Shown: piece after piece, positions 38,238 through 51,782 of the stretch
How the letters are laid out: each line of letters begins with the position of its first letter
How positions within the stretch are numbered: the stretch's first letter is position 1
Origin: Perna viridis
Taxonomy: Eukaryota
Reading direction: 5' to 3'
DNA length: 64,000 nt
Assembly: GCA_037379345.1 (NCBI GenBank)
Contig: CM074512.1
Span: forward strand, 68,407,597-68,471,596
Made by a program: the position numbers and the translations under genes
Notes under the pieces: model-generated
Databases searched by the model: none
What the model saw: only the letters and a program-made list of their open reading frames with translations
What the model was told of the DNA's origin: nothing

Positions 38238-38385
38238 AGAGTAATCAAGGGAACCAAAATTCTGCTGAAAATCAAAAGAATGTAGATCAATGTAATCCAG
38301 ACACAAAGACCAGATATGGAAAACAGATAAACACCACAAGGAACGTAAATTAACCAAAATAACACATAAAGCAACAAAAGCAAAG
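38238..38385 (-). mobile_element. Penelope-like retroelement 3' fragment
   Basis: AGAGTAATCAAGGGAACCAAA...AAAGACCAGATATGGAAAACAGA. Confidence 0.75.
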
Positions 38386-39318
38386 TGCAGAGGTATCAAT
38401 GAAGCAACTGTAATATAATAACTTTCAGTTGATCTTTGTTTTGAATCGAATTAATTTTATCAAATGACACATCTAGAGGCAAATACACAGTGGGCAAATT
38501 GAATTAATACACAACCACTTGAGGTTCAAGATCCGACCGGAATTAAATGATAAAAACAAATGGATTCAAACAATTAATTTAAAAAAAAAAGTTTTACAAG
38601 GAATCTTTCTTCGATAAAACGTTTCTCCCAATGAATGTTGTTTAGCTTATTTAGTGGTATAATATTTAGTACGCATGGAAATAGAAGTTAGTTACACATG
38701 TTGCTGGTATTTAATCGCAACTTTTATCGTATTTACATAATATCTAAAAATAGCCATGGTAATATTTTTAAACCTTGTTTGATTTTCTGAAAATCGACGT
38801 GGTTTTAAAGTTACTATAGTCTCTTTTGGATTGTTTTTTGTTTTTGTTTTGTTTTGTTTTGTTTTGTTTCGTTTTGTTTGTTAGTTAGTTTGGTTTTTTT
38901 TTTTTCGTTTTATTAGTTATTAATTTTTGTTTTTTTTTAATCTTGCTTATTTATTTGAAATGCATATGATACATAATATTACTCACAATGCAAGTAAAAG
39001 CTAAAAAAAAATGTGACAATTATTTAGTTTGTAAATTAACTGTTGATATTATAAGTTATTATATATGTTCAATCAAAACTGTTGTATGTTAAAAAATTGT
39101 ATTGTAATCATGCCCTTTATTGGTGAATAAACATAATACTTCCAGTATTCAAAACGAAAGTAAAAATAGATTGCTTCAGAACCTTTACTGAAATTGTTGT
39201 TACTGCATGCATACATTTATATTTTACTTTCATTTTCATAAAGTGCAATTAAAGACGACTATGCGAAATTCACATAAAAAATTTTCTGGATATTCATGAT
39301 ATTCAAGGATAATAAAAT

Positions 39319-41219
39319 ATGCTGGGTCAAGTTGCACTGGTTTTTAAGACTTTTCTGAGGTTAACTAAAAGGGAGGAATCGTCTTCAAAATGGAACATTT
39401 GGGACAAGATATCTGTTCTTAAATCTAGTGATATGGAAAATAGTGCAAATATTGAAAGTGCGGAGGTTTTTGTATCTATGCAAAGAAATAACCCAGAAAA
39501 GAAGATTTCGATAGTTACGAACTGCAACCGGCAATGTGTTTTTTGCTTTGCTTCATTTGTCGTTCTGTTAGCAAATATTGCTGCAATTTTGATGATTCTA
39601 CGTGACTTACAAATGTTAGATGGAGAAACATACAGATTCTCCTCTAGCGAAATGTCGAAACAAAGGCGCTCTTCGAAAATTAGCTTGTGTATAAAGATGA
39701 ATAATGACGTTATAGACACAAATCCCGCCAGTAATTTGCAATGTTATTCGGACATGCAGTTCTTACGAATTCTATTCGAAATGGTTAGTGTGCTCAATAT
39801 TTGTGGTAATAAAGTTATAGTGAAGACAGATCGTGTAAACTATATGTAAGTTTTGAAAGTGCACTGAATTTGGTTCATATATTGATTTGGTTGAAGTAGA
39901 ATCACTGTTACACATGTCTATTTTTAACGGCTATAATTATGAGAATGATTATTTTTATACAAAAATAAATTTTTAATTCATTTTATTTTTTCCAGGTTGT
40001 AATGGCCAATGGTCGTCATTTAATACAACATTCAAACATACCTTCAACAGCTATACAGACAACGAACCAAGGTTACATCACAGGTGGGAGCGTTATTGAT
40101 CCAAGTAAGACGCATATTTGTACAAGGTCGTTTTATCAGTAAAAACATAAAAAAACTGAATTAACAAAAAAAAAAAAAAAAAAACAAGCCAAATAACTGA
40201 CGAACAAAAACCACAAATTTTCATTGATCCGACATAGCTGACGAGCATGCGTGACATGTGCTCCGGTGAGATAAGGCTTGGAAAAGAACAAAAGAATTTT
40301 ACTCGCAGAAGTATATGGTCGGCATTGTAGAGACTATCCTGCAGTTTATACAAAAACAAACAAAACCAAAAATGCATGGTAACCTTCATTTATTTCGGTG
40401 TATACAAATACAAACTTATCAAGGAATTTACATGGCCTTAATAATTACGATAAGAACAAAGTAAGGCTAGATAAACAAATATTCGCGATTTAACCGAACT
40501 ATTTGTACAAAAATGTATCAGGTTTCACAGCTCGTCTGAATATAGCTGAAATATTGCTGCTCGGACGTTAAACCCCAACAAGCAATCAATCAATCAGGTT
40601 TCACAGTAGGCAATACGTTACTCAGACAACATTCTGAAAAGGTATAGAATACAACTTTTTGAGGAAAAGACGACCTGAAACTACTGTGATAGTTTCAGTG
40701 TTTATCGTGCTGCTTGTTTTCGTTGTGTATGCTATTTTTTTCGTGTACTGTTAACTGTTTGTATGTGTCTTTTTTACCCGAAATTATCTTGTCCAAGAAT
40801 TTTCAACACCGGTATTGCTAATTTTTTTTTATTGATGTTTCCTTTTAGACAACAGTGAATGTTCCAAGGTGACAACCGAAACTAGATTTAAGAACTTAAT
40901 TACGCCAAGTGACGGTGAAAGAAACAGTTTAAACTTTTCAAGAAAAGGAATATATATGGTGTACGTCAATCTTGAATTCAGAAGTCTCGACAGATGTCCT
41001 TCAAATCCTGTTTTAATACGATTAAGACGAAAAACAGGAAAAACAATATTTACAGATATCGTCTTCCACAAAGAGGGGCTACTTGTTGCTCAACCCAAAT
41101 CTTATACAAGTTTTGTTAGATTAAAGGCTCACGACAGTTTATATTTTCAAATATCTGACACGAGCACACTGGAAAAAGACTGGAAATCTAACGTGGTAGG
41201 TGGAGTCATGATCTCCTGA
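39319..41219 (+). CDS. TNF-superfamily ligand, type II transmembrane (~307 aa, 3 exons)
   Basis: Exons 39319-39783 (ATG|GTTAGT), 39996-40083 (G|GTGGGA), 40849-41219; phases 0 and 1 match. Hydrophobic anchor CVFCFASFVVLLANIAAILMIL. C-terminal TNF homology motifs LNFSRKGIYMVYVNLEF and SYTSFVRLKAHDSLYFQISD...NVVGGVMI. Start codon could be a downstream Met (MENSAN). Confidence 0.82.
40531..40592 (+). mobile_element. Short 3' end of a SINE/LINE with (CAAT)n tail in TNF intron 2
   Basis: CTGAATATAGCTGAAATATTGCTGCTCGGACGTTAAACCCCAACAAGCAATCAATC; 14-bp duplication ATCAGGTTTCACAG at 40517-40530 and 40593-40606. Confidence 0.8.
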
Positions 41220-41265
41220 TATCAACCACGTTACATTTTTTGAGGTTGCTAGTACATGGAACATG

Positions 41266-42012
41266 ACATCTGGTACATATCAAATCAGTTTGAACCTCTC
41301 ACAAAATAGTCCTTGAACTGTCAAAAAACAGTTCTTTGACATTTTGGAATAATTCCCGGACAGTTCTATGACAGATGTAGAACAGTTTTCGGACAGTTCT
41401 TGAGCCAGCTTTCCTGATAGTTTTAACAGAACCGGCTCACTAGAAGAACTGTTTTCATAGAGCTGTCTCTACTTGTAAAACTGTTTGTGTAGAACAGATT
41501 TAGAACTGGACTTGACTTTTTTATGAGCAACTCGGCGGGTTTTTCTAGAAAAGCAAAGGACGCTTACCCTACTGGTGCACCAGGTCCATGCTCCCAGTTT
41601 TTAGTGGAGTCCGAGTTGCTCATTTACTTTTGTTACTTTGTATGTATGATTTTAGTTACTTTATGTTCTTTGTTGTGTATGTCTGTTTTCCATGTCTGAT
41701 CTTTGTCCCTGGATTACATTCTTTTGATTACCGCTATAACCTTGGTTCCCTTGTTTACTCTTAGAACAGTTCTCACACAGTTCTAAAACCAGCTCTTCTG
41801 ACTGTTCGAATAGAACCGCTCTACTAGTAGAACTGTTCTCATAGAGCTGGCTCTACTTGCAGAACTGCTTGTGTGAGGCCGGCTTTGCTAGAACTGTCAG
41901 AAGAGCTGACTCTAGTAGTAGAATTGTTCTCGTAGAGCTGGTTCGGCCAGAAGAACTGTCATAAGAGCTGGTTCTGAGAGGTTGAAACTGATCTCATTTG
42001 TATTCTGCAGGT
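41266..42012. mobile_element. Foldback/MITE-like element built of AGAACTG/CAGTTCT subrepeats, interrupted by a retroelement fragment
   Basis: Inverted ends ATCAGTTTGAACCTCTCA (41284) and TGAGAGGTTGAAACTGAT (41975); internal ~40-bp degenerate subrepeats. Confidence 0.65.
41507..41760 (+). mobile_element. 5'-truncated 3' end of Penelope-like retroelement with target-site duplication
   Basis: Family tail ...GGAGTCCGAGTTGCTCATTTAC...GGTTCCCTTGTTTACTC; flanked by TTAGAAC at 41500-41506 and 41761-41767. Confidence 0.8.
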
Positions 42013-45000
42013 GGAAGTTTCATTAAACCAATCTCAAAATAATTTCAGTGGAAATTGGAAGAAAAGGACATGATCACCTATCAACCACATTTGAGTACTA
42101 CATATCGCTCTGCAAATGCGGTCATTGATACAGATTACAAGCGAATTCGATCTTCGTCCGTCGGTGACTGAAATGAATTCAACAGTCATCTTGGCACACG
42201 TAACACGCAATTTGACGAAACAGAGCTTCATGCATGGTACTCAAATTAATCAACCACAAAAAAGCATTGCTTACATTATCATCTGTATACTTGTATAGTG
42301 TAACATACTGCAATTGTGATCCAAGACTACTGTCAGCCGACTTAATACTGATTATGTTCACTATTTTTATTCCATATTTTTCGTCTTTTGTAACGTATCA
42401 CTAACCCAAACCAATTTATTGTTCAAAATCCACACCATGGAAGAACAATAAAAATATAAATACGAGTGCCGAAGAACGCCAAGATTTAATTCATGCACGG
42501 AACTTTTTCTGTGCGTGAGTTAAATCTCCATGTGTTCATGGCAGGGGTGATAATATAGTTATAAAATTAATTTCACGTGTGAAATGTTGACAGTTACTAC
42601 AGTTGGAGCGCTCGATAATTCACTGTCATCTTTATGGTAGGCAGCATGCATGGGGTAAGAGACGAACGTCAAACAGAATGTTTATAGTTTTGATCAACGG
42701 TCGACGTTGTCAAGATATATTCGGATTTAGTTTTTTTTTGCATGAGGGATTGCTTCATGCTTTCTAAAATTGTGCAATATCATTTAGTAATAATTTCATT
42801 TTACCATTATCACATTTTATATGTACTTGTATATATTTTGTGAGTTATTTTTCTGCATTTGTGAAAAGCAAAATGCGTACATGTACACTAACTAATCTTA
42901 GTTGCGATCACTTCTAACTTCTCTTTAGTTCTGCCAGAATCTGTCAGGAATAGCAATTAGGCAGATAGAACAGAAATCCTGACACATCCTGACAGGGTCT
43001 GACATAGGCTGTCCCGGGTCAAGACATATTTTGCTCTATTTCCTGACAGATCCAGACGGAAACTGTCCTGGGTAGTGACATATAATACGAAAAGCTGTTC
43101 TTAAATGTAATACCCCTAAATTTAAATTTATCTATCTATTCTATGTGACGTAATGTAGGAATACAGGAAGTCCGCGATTATTAATAGAAACTGTGTGACG
43201 TAATGTAAATTAGTAAAAAAAAGTCTGTCACAGACCCGTTATCAAATTTTACTGCTATAATTACAGGTCTATGATTCTGTGTAAAAACTGCAACCCATAA
43301 CTTTCAGATGTTTGTTAATTTTCGAAACGTATAAGATTGATAAAGTAATTTTTGAGTGCAAGTACTTTTAAATTACATTCTGATCTCTAATCATTCTATG
43401 AATTGTTAAAATTGACAATTTTAGCATTCAATGGGTGACTGCTACCTATATAATTCGGTAAAAGTTCTTTAAAATGCCATTTTTAGCAAAAATATTAGTG
43501 TGAGCTCTTCCAATTAACCAAATGGTCTTAAATAAATGTAGTATACATCGTTTTTAAATGTATGAGTGTGATGACTTTTTACTTCCAAAAGGATATATAA
43601 TTATTGAATTAAAATGTTATTTTTTTGTTTAAAAGCATGTGATTGATAGCAAAACATAAATTAGCGTAAAACTTTTATAAATATGTGATAATCATGCAAA
43701 ATGCAATAATTCCATGAGGGTTTAAAATTATTGTATCAAATGTAAAAAATGAAAATATAAGTATCATGCTGGTAACTAGTACTGCGAAACATATATTTCA
43801 ATCAAATTCTTAAAATTGGCATATTTTTGCAAAATGTATTAGTGCGATCGCTTTTGATTTCAATAAGGGTATAAAATTATTAACCAAAATGCTATTTTTT
43901 TTTTATAAATATAGCTATTATGTGCACAAATGTGGTACATATATTTTAGTCAATTTTTTTTAAAATCATTTTCTTGCAAAATGTATGAATTTTAATTTCA
44001 ATTAGTATCTAAAATTAAATTTGAATTTTTACATATAACTATCAATATTTTTGTTGGTACTGCATGCCGTAAATAAAAGTATTATCAAAAATTAGAAAAA
44101 AAAACATGTTCAAACATAGCAAGACTTTCTTTCTGTCGTACGAATCGGGATTCAAATGCTACGCCTCTTTTTTTTAATCAAGTACATGTACTGAATGTAA
44201 TTCCGTCAGAAAGTATTTTAACTAGTGACTGTCAGAATCTGTCAGAAATTCCTCTAATCTACGCCATGTAGACGCGATTTAGCTTGGCTAGGTAATGCTA
44301 TTCAGAATGACGTAAAACAGAACAGTTCTACCTAGACCAGACATGACTGCAGAGTGTCACGACCCATGACAGATTATGACCGAGCTTGTTCAGAGCGCTG
44401 ACAGATCCTGGCAAGGTGTGATGAGTCAGAACAGTTTCCGACAGTTTAGAACTATTCCTTGACACCATATCCTGGCAGAATCGAATAGAGGTTGTTAGAA
44501 GTGATTGCAACTGTTTGTCCATTTTACGATGTTCAAAGTGCACTACTGGTGTTAGAATGGACTATTGTAACTTTTAAAAAAATATTAAAATATTTTACAA
44601 ATATTTAAAAGTTTTTGGAATGCGCATGTTTTTGTTGTATAAATGACTTAAACACCTTTTACATTAAATCATCAAATATTTGAACATTAAAGCACCTATA
44701 CTATTTAAAGCAAAACACATTACAACAGTACAAAGAAATACTGTATACGTAAATGAAGTTCCCATATATTTATATATCACCACACCAGTGTTAAACAATT
44801 CTGAAACATTTTTCCCATTCTCAAGAATTACATGTGTGTACACCATACACTTTGCAGAAAATTTGCAATAGTATCAGCTGGAACCTTGGCACAGTAAATT
44901 GTAAACAATAAAAAAAGAACTCTACCCATGCAAATATTTAAAAATATTTCGGCGATACAATATTAACAATATTCGTTTTTGTCTCTCACAAAGGACCTAA

Positions 45001-45355
45001 TATTTGACTATTTTTTCATGTGCCAAATGTAACATTAGCCTCAAAGGTTTTTGGTGGCCGTTTTAAACATTATGACTATTTACGTTGGAAGCTAAAATTA
45101 TCACCAAAACGCATTATTTTTCTTTACGTTATTACGTTGAAACAATACCATATGGAGCCACACGATGTAATTGAAAATAATATTACAACTAGCTAATGAT
45201 TCCAATACTGTACAATTGATCAAGTGTATTAGTTCAGTGTAAAGTTCCCCGACTTTTATCTTGTTAGTAGTTACCACATACCATTCATTTATTCACACAA
45301 AACTATTTTCAAATGTTTGCCAGCTTTAAATCCTGTCACTAATTTTCAAGATAGA

Positions 45356-48300
45356 ATGCAGTGGCATTTGTAAATTTGAACTGCATAGACTTATAGATAA
45401 GTCTGAATTAACAATTAGATAAGTCTGAATGTTTTATCTATAAGAAAGCCATCATCCTTGATCTTTTAGACAAGGACAATGTGCATATGCACAATCATTG
45501 TATGAATGCACTTTACACCATTTAAACTAAAATCACAGTTATGAATTCTTTTTTAGAATTTTGTTTGTGTTAATAGCAGTGTGTTCTACATGCCATTGTG
45601 ATAAGCAATACATTCAAATGGCCAAAGAAGTCAAGAATTTACGAAACGCGTTAAAAAGTTTGATCCAGGACAACAAATATGTTAGCGATTCGTTAAAAAC
45701 CATGAATTTCAAATATGACTTCCTACTTGGGAAATATGACAATCTTTTAAATCAAAATGTTAATTTAAACACAAAATATGGAAACGTTTTAAAAACAATT
45801 GATGCAGTGCGCGAAAATCAAAAGTCATTTAAGGAATGTCAGTGCAATATAATGGAAAATGAACCTTTGACCGTTGCAAATTTCAGCACATATGATGACA
45901 GTGGACGCGTTGTACCGGACATCCGCCAGAGCGAAAACAAGACCATTGATGGTGCTAGGCTGGACAGACGTCTCCTGCTTCCTGTTGGTACCCCTGCTAC
46001 TCCAAGTATATTAGCATTTTGTTGTTTATAAACTATGTGTACGTATTGATGATATGACGATAGAAAAAAAGTCTGACCATAACCACATTTAAGATGCTTA
46101 TTTGAGAGTTTTCTCGCTCGAAAAAGAAAGTTTCAAATAATCTAATAAAAGCTTATCGTTAGTCGAAAATCTTAATTCATTCTTAAAAAATAAACCGTGT
46201 CCAGATCCTTATCCTTAAGATCTTGTCTTTCTTAATTTACCTAAACATAGATATGGACAAATAACAAAGAACATCAAAGAGTCAGCAGTGTGACAATTTA
46301 AATACTTCAAAATACAAAAACATGGCCTTAACGTGAACACATGAAACATAGACTATAAAGGAAACAAGACATCACCCAATTAATAAAGCACTATATAAAC
46401 TCTCACAAAACACCGCAAGTGACTTCAGATACTCGGACGAGTAAACATAGCCAGCTGCACAAGCGGCACCCGTCCTGTTGTAAGTATAAGCCGGTAATAA
46501 TATAGAAACAGTTATACACCTCCGCTACACGTGTCAAACACGTATGGAGTTCTCATATCACAACTCATACGTTTTGTATCACGCTAGACTTCTTACAATT
46601 AGGTTTATGGAACAGGGTTATGTTGCCACACGATTGAAGTCATCACTACAGAGGTGTTATGGTCGTCATCATAAACATCATGAACTGGTGGATCGTTACG
46701 GTGTATCCATAATCACCATAAACTGATTTGTTCAACGTGTCATAGTTTTCATTTCTTCTTTTGTCTACCCTGGACTTGACTTTTTATGAACATCTCGGCG
46801 GGTGGTTTTAGAGAACGCTTACACTACCGATGCACCTGGAGCATGCCCCCAATTTTAGTAGAGCCTGAGTTGCAAGTTTACTTTTTATACTTTGTTTTTT
46901 TTTATTTTGGTTATTGTTTGTTCTTATTTGTGTATGTCTGTTTTCTATGTTTGGTCTTTGTCCTTGAATTACACTTTTCTATTTGCGCTAGAATCTTAGT
47001 TCCCTTGATTGCTGTTTCATACTTGTACCAAATTGTATTTAAACTGAGTAGCATGATGTAAACAAAATAAATAACTTTGATAAATAATAATTAAGTAAAT
47101 AATTGGTAAATACTAGAAATTGACAAAATTAGATTCATGTCGAGAATTCCGCCGTACCGCATAGACAATGTACAGTATGTATCGCACATTATTGTAACCA
47201 TGTAACGTCACAAGTGCTTGACGGAATTTGTCGGCTTATTCGAAACAATGTTGATCTGAATAGACTTTTCCCTCACGTTCTTGCCTTTACCTATACTACT
47301 ACACGAAAATTAACGTTATGATAACCACCATAAGACATACGCCCTTATCAAGTATTTTTTTTAAACTTCCGGAATGAGATCTTGAACTTGATACCACAAA
47401 GCATAAATGACTAGGTGCAATTGAAAACGAAATGCGCAGCACTGGATGATTTTTACTTCCCCATTGTATTCACCTCTTATCTAAGCGGCAATATACTAAT
47501 ATCTCCAACCTTTGGTGCATATATTTCAGAGTTGATCCGTTACTGTCTTTCTTGTGATTTATCATATCGGTGCAACTTGTTTATGCTTTCAATTTTTAAT
47601 GGAGTCCGAGTTGCTCATCTGCTTTTGTTACTTTGTATGTTTGATTTTAGTTACTTTATGTTCTTTGTTGTATATGTCTGTTTTCCATGTCTGGTCTTTG
47701 TCCTTGGATTACATTCTTTTGATTACCGCTAGAACCTTGGTTTCCTTGATTACTCTTGTATATAATTGTTCTTTGTAGAACGAGGATACTGTCAGGTAAC
47801 TTCTAAGTAAGAAGAAAATTCAGGCTTTGTAGATACACTTATTTGCGTTTCTAAAAAAAAAACAGGGGACCCTTATCCTATTGGTGCGCTAGTCTTCCCT
47901 GGACTTGATTTTTTATGAGCAATTCGATGAGTGTTTCTAGAAAAGCAGAAGACGTTTTATCTATCGGTTCATCTGGTCCATGCCCCAAGTTAGTGGAGTT
48001 CGAGTTGTTTATTTTCTTTTGTTACTTTGAATGTATTACAATCAAGTAACCAGTACACTGGAGTAAACAGGATTTCGACGATTATATAAATCCTACCCAG
48101 ATGACACTTTGCTTACCGGTTCATCAATCCACGCTTCAAGTTTTAAGTGAAGACCAGGTTGCACATGTACTATTTTAAAATTTTCTATGACGTGTTATTT
48201 TGGGAAATTCATATTCTTTTTTATGTATTGATTTTATCAATTTCAGCATACATTGATAGGATTGCCTTCTACGCCATTTTATCCAAAGTGATTCCAAATC

Positions 48301-48653
48301 TGGGCGATAACCAACTTATCATTATCAACAGTATAAAAGTCGACACCCACAACGCATACCATGGACCAAGTGGAGTCTTTACCTGCCCTAGAACTGGCTT
48401 ATATGCATTTTTTAGCACCATTCTCTCGTTACCAAATAAAATGATTGAATTCGAAATCAAGACAGATAACGGTATACTAGCGTACGGTCATAGTGGTAAT
48501 CAGAATGATTATGGGACAGGCACAGCTCATGCCATTGCAAAGATCAACAAAGGTGATCGGGTATATTTACGTGTTCATGGAGATGACCATTCTGCGTCGG
48601 GAGATATGATATTTCCTTCATTTTCTAATTTTATGGGCTATTCTTTAGACTGA
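45356..48653 (+). CDS. Secreted coiled-coil + globular C1q domain protein (C1qDC, ~289 aa, 3 exons)
   Basis: Exons 45356-45369 (tentative, MQWH), 45557-46005 (alternative phase-1 donor at 45987), 48247-48653. Signal peptide MQWHLILFVLIAVCSTCHC, heptad-rich segment, then C1q motifs IAFYAIL, NAYHGPSGVFTCPRTGLYAF, INKGDRVYLR, FSNFMGYSL. Confidence 0.9.
46540..47010 (+). mobile_element. Penelope-like retroelement: end of RT ORF plus 3' tail, in C1qDC intron 2
   Basis: RLLTIRFMEQGYVATRLKSSLQRCYGRHH..ELVDRYGVSI followed by the family tail. Confidence 0.78.
47415..48030 (+). mobile_element. Two further Penelope-like fragments in C1qDC intron 2 (47415-47756 and 47894-48030)
   Basis: DDFYFPIVFTSYLSGNILISPTFGAYISELIRY thumb motif plus family tail; second partial tail. 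Confidence 0.75.
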
Positions 48654-51600
48654 CCCTGGAAACAAGACATAGGAAGCTATTCTGCAAACACTAGTGTTTT
48701 AATCGTATTTACCTTTCTGAAATTCAAAAACTAACACTGTCTTGAAAAAAGCTTTATCTTATTTAGGAGTATCAGTTTTAATTCAGAAAAGATTAAAGTA
48801 GTGTTCACCTAAATGTCGTGCATACATATATTTTTTGTGGGTTGAAATAGCTCATGTTTTAGGATGTATGCTTCGTAGTACTGAAATTCACTTTATGGTT
48901 CATAAAACCAATTCAACACACACACACAGGAAGCATGAAACTGCCACCAGTCAAAATCAGTACAATCCGTAGTCAAAACAGTACTGAAGATATGAACAAG
49001 AAATAAGTAAAGATAAAAATTAAATACAATTAAAATTGAGTAAATCCAAGAAAACTAATGCTTTAAAATACAGAAAATATATCTTGATATTATGCAAACC
49101 CATCATCAAATCCATCTATTTGTCAGTTATATACCTCCTTCCAGATTTAAATTTATGAAAACGGTAATATTCTTATTCCCTTATTAAATGATTTTACTGG
49201 AAACAACTATCAATTTACAGCAAGTTGTATATTATAAAAAGTTTTATATCGAAACATTAATTTGTATTAGATAAATATAATATATAAACCAAATTTCCAC
49301 ATTAAAATATAGTAATCGACAATGTTCTACTTTGCATGATCTATTTTTCAAGTTCAGATACAAACAAGGACATCTTAAGACAGTTCTCTGTAATGACCAA
49401 AGCAATATGGACATCGAATTATTTCCCCAGCATCTTTTTTGTATTTTTGATCCAAAGTAATGTCATATGTTGCATGTGTTTTCATTGTGTTACCATGACA
49501 GCATATAATTACATTTTAGTGAAACATATTTTAACCTATTTGATCCCTAACAGAATAAGTGTGGAGAAAAAATGCGGCATTTTTAAACCTAACAAAAATC
49601 TGTGCCAGATACACCATATATCAAAAATATTTCAGCAAAAAATCAGAATGTGTATATCATAATTAAAATGAATACTGCCTTCAAATACTTTAATGCAAAA
49701 ATAAATAAAAGTTCCATTTTTATCACTCATAATTAATTTATGAAGGCAAAAAACTGTACAAATTGAGCTGCATTTATTCTTATGTGTATATTAAACATCC
49801 AAGTTTTACTTTTATCTCAACAAATGTTCTTTGGGTGCCTTAAGCTGACTGAAATGCGTGGTTTATGTCCCTTTTTAAAACTCTTCTGAAGAAAGATAAT
49901 GAATTAGCGAAATGGCAGCCTCCAATGGAGGGAAATGTTTTTATCTCAGTTTTGCGGAAGCATATGAGCATGCTTGTTCTGTAATCTTTACTCTCTCATC
50001 CAACAACATCTCAACAGCTACCAAATGATATTATCAGAAGTGGGACTATGAATACATGATTCAAATGATATTATAAAATCGGTATATCAACACCATATGA
50101 TCATTTTATCAAACAGAAATGAAAACAGGAGAAGGATACCTGTTTGTTTGCTTCTAGCTCTTGTCAGCTCACATCGTCATATTGATCATACTGTTGGTCA
50201 GAAATCAGCTACTAAGCCTAAAATCCGATATCATCGACCTTTAACACAGGACATTGCAATCAAGATTAGAAATGAAACTGTCACACCTATTGGAACTCGT
50301 GAGTATAATAAAAACACAAAAAGAAACAATCACCAGAATCATGACTGGTAAACCTAGTTTTTGCAATTGAAAATTATGACAACTCACACGATTGTGAATA
50401 ACACATGTTGTCAGGGTCGTACGGGCTACGGTGGTTATCAACTGGTCTAGAAGATTTTAGCTATTTTTTTTCCTGAGAACATATACAAAGGGAAGGAATT
50501 TCCTGGCCTTGTACCAAATGACTATTGGTGTCAGTGTCATAAAATGCAAAATATATCGTTTCACAGTTTTAGTTGCATCAATTAATAATCCATTTTGATA
50601 TGATAGTTTTGTACCAAATCAGGTACATTGCGGTACAAGCTCCTACAGTGGTGTAATATCTATTTTGCCCAATTTATTTTGGACTTGACTTGATAATGAA
50701 TCTAATAAGTGTTCGGTAATTTTGTTGTTACCCTTATTTGTTACATTACTTTTCTTTTGAGGATTGTCTAAGCACCTGTGTCACATGAGTGTGCATGGTT
50801 TAAAGACCATAAAAAAAGGTTATTCAGTTATATACATGAAACAAAATACAAAATGAGTCAGATTAGAATTTACATTATATTGGTTCAATAATAATTATGT
50901 TCAACCAATTTCGGGTGTTGGTAAAAGAAATCTTTTCATATATATTTTTTTTCATAAATAAAAGATCTTATCCCATATATATAAGGAGTGTTCTCTTGAT
51001 AACGATACACGGAAGACATATAAAACAATATTCGTCATGCATTTTTTTCTACAAATTCGAAAATGACTACAACAGATGATAGGACAAGGATGTTTTTTTT
51101 CTATCCATATAATTTGTGATGTAAACTTTATTGACTTATTATATGATGATGTTCGTTTTTTTTCTACGTATTTGCATATTTGTAAACAGGAAAAGAGTAC
51201 CTATTCCAGCGGCGCGTCCTATCACCTTATATATAGGAAGTGCCCATTAAACCCGCGATATTAAAGGGCGTGTCGTATACCACGCGGAAAATGTTTTGTC
51301 TAAGGTCTTGGTCAACAACGTATCAAAATTGTAGCGGTGTCCCATTTTGATGGCTGCTTTCTTTTAGTTGGTATTTTTTTCTAAAAAAGTAAGGACCAAG
51401 TTAAATTTTTCTTTAGCCCAGACGCTGGTCAGAAATTGCCTTTTAAATAAAATCAGCGCAAGAAAGATCCATGCACCCCCTCCTTAAAACATTTAAAAAA
51501 CAGAAAAAGAAGAATGAAACATGTACATTGCTCAGATGTTTACACATTTTCAAAATAGATCCGGGACTTTAATCAATTATTCCAAATGTTTATCATTTCT

Positions 51601-51782
51601 AGTGAATTTATTTATAAAAGTCCACGGGGAGATAATTGCTGAAAATTTCCAAATTTAAAGTACTCTTATATTTGTGTTGTTATATGAAAAAGAAGTGAAA
51701 TATTAAAAAAAAAATAAAATAAACAAAAAAAAAAACAACAAAAAAACATTCCAACTGCCTAGAGTTGAATAACAGACAGTTT

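Noticed and set aside
39327-39719. 130-aa antisense ORF over TNF exon 1 (likewise 40829-41071, 48269-48460, 27540-27731)
   Set aside because: Antisense shadows of real coding exons
48095-48135. Possible minus-strand hammerhead ribozyme (TTGATGA...CAAA)
   Set aside because: Both core motifs deviate from CUGAUGA and GAAA and the stems are not convincing
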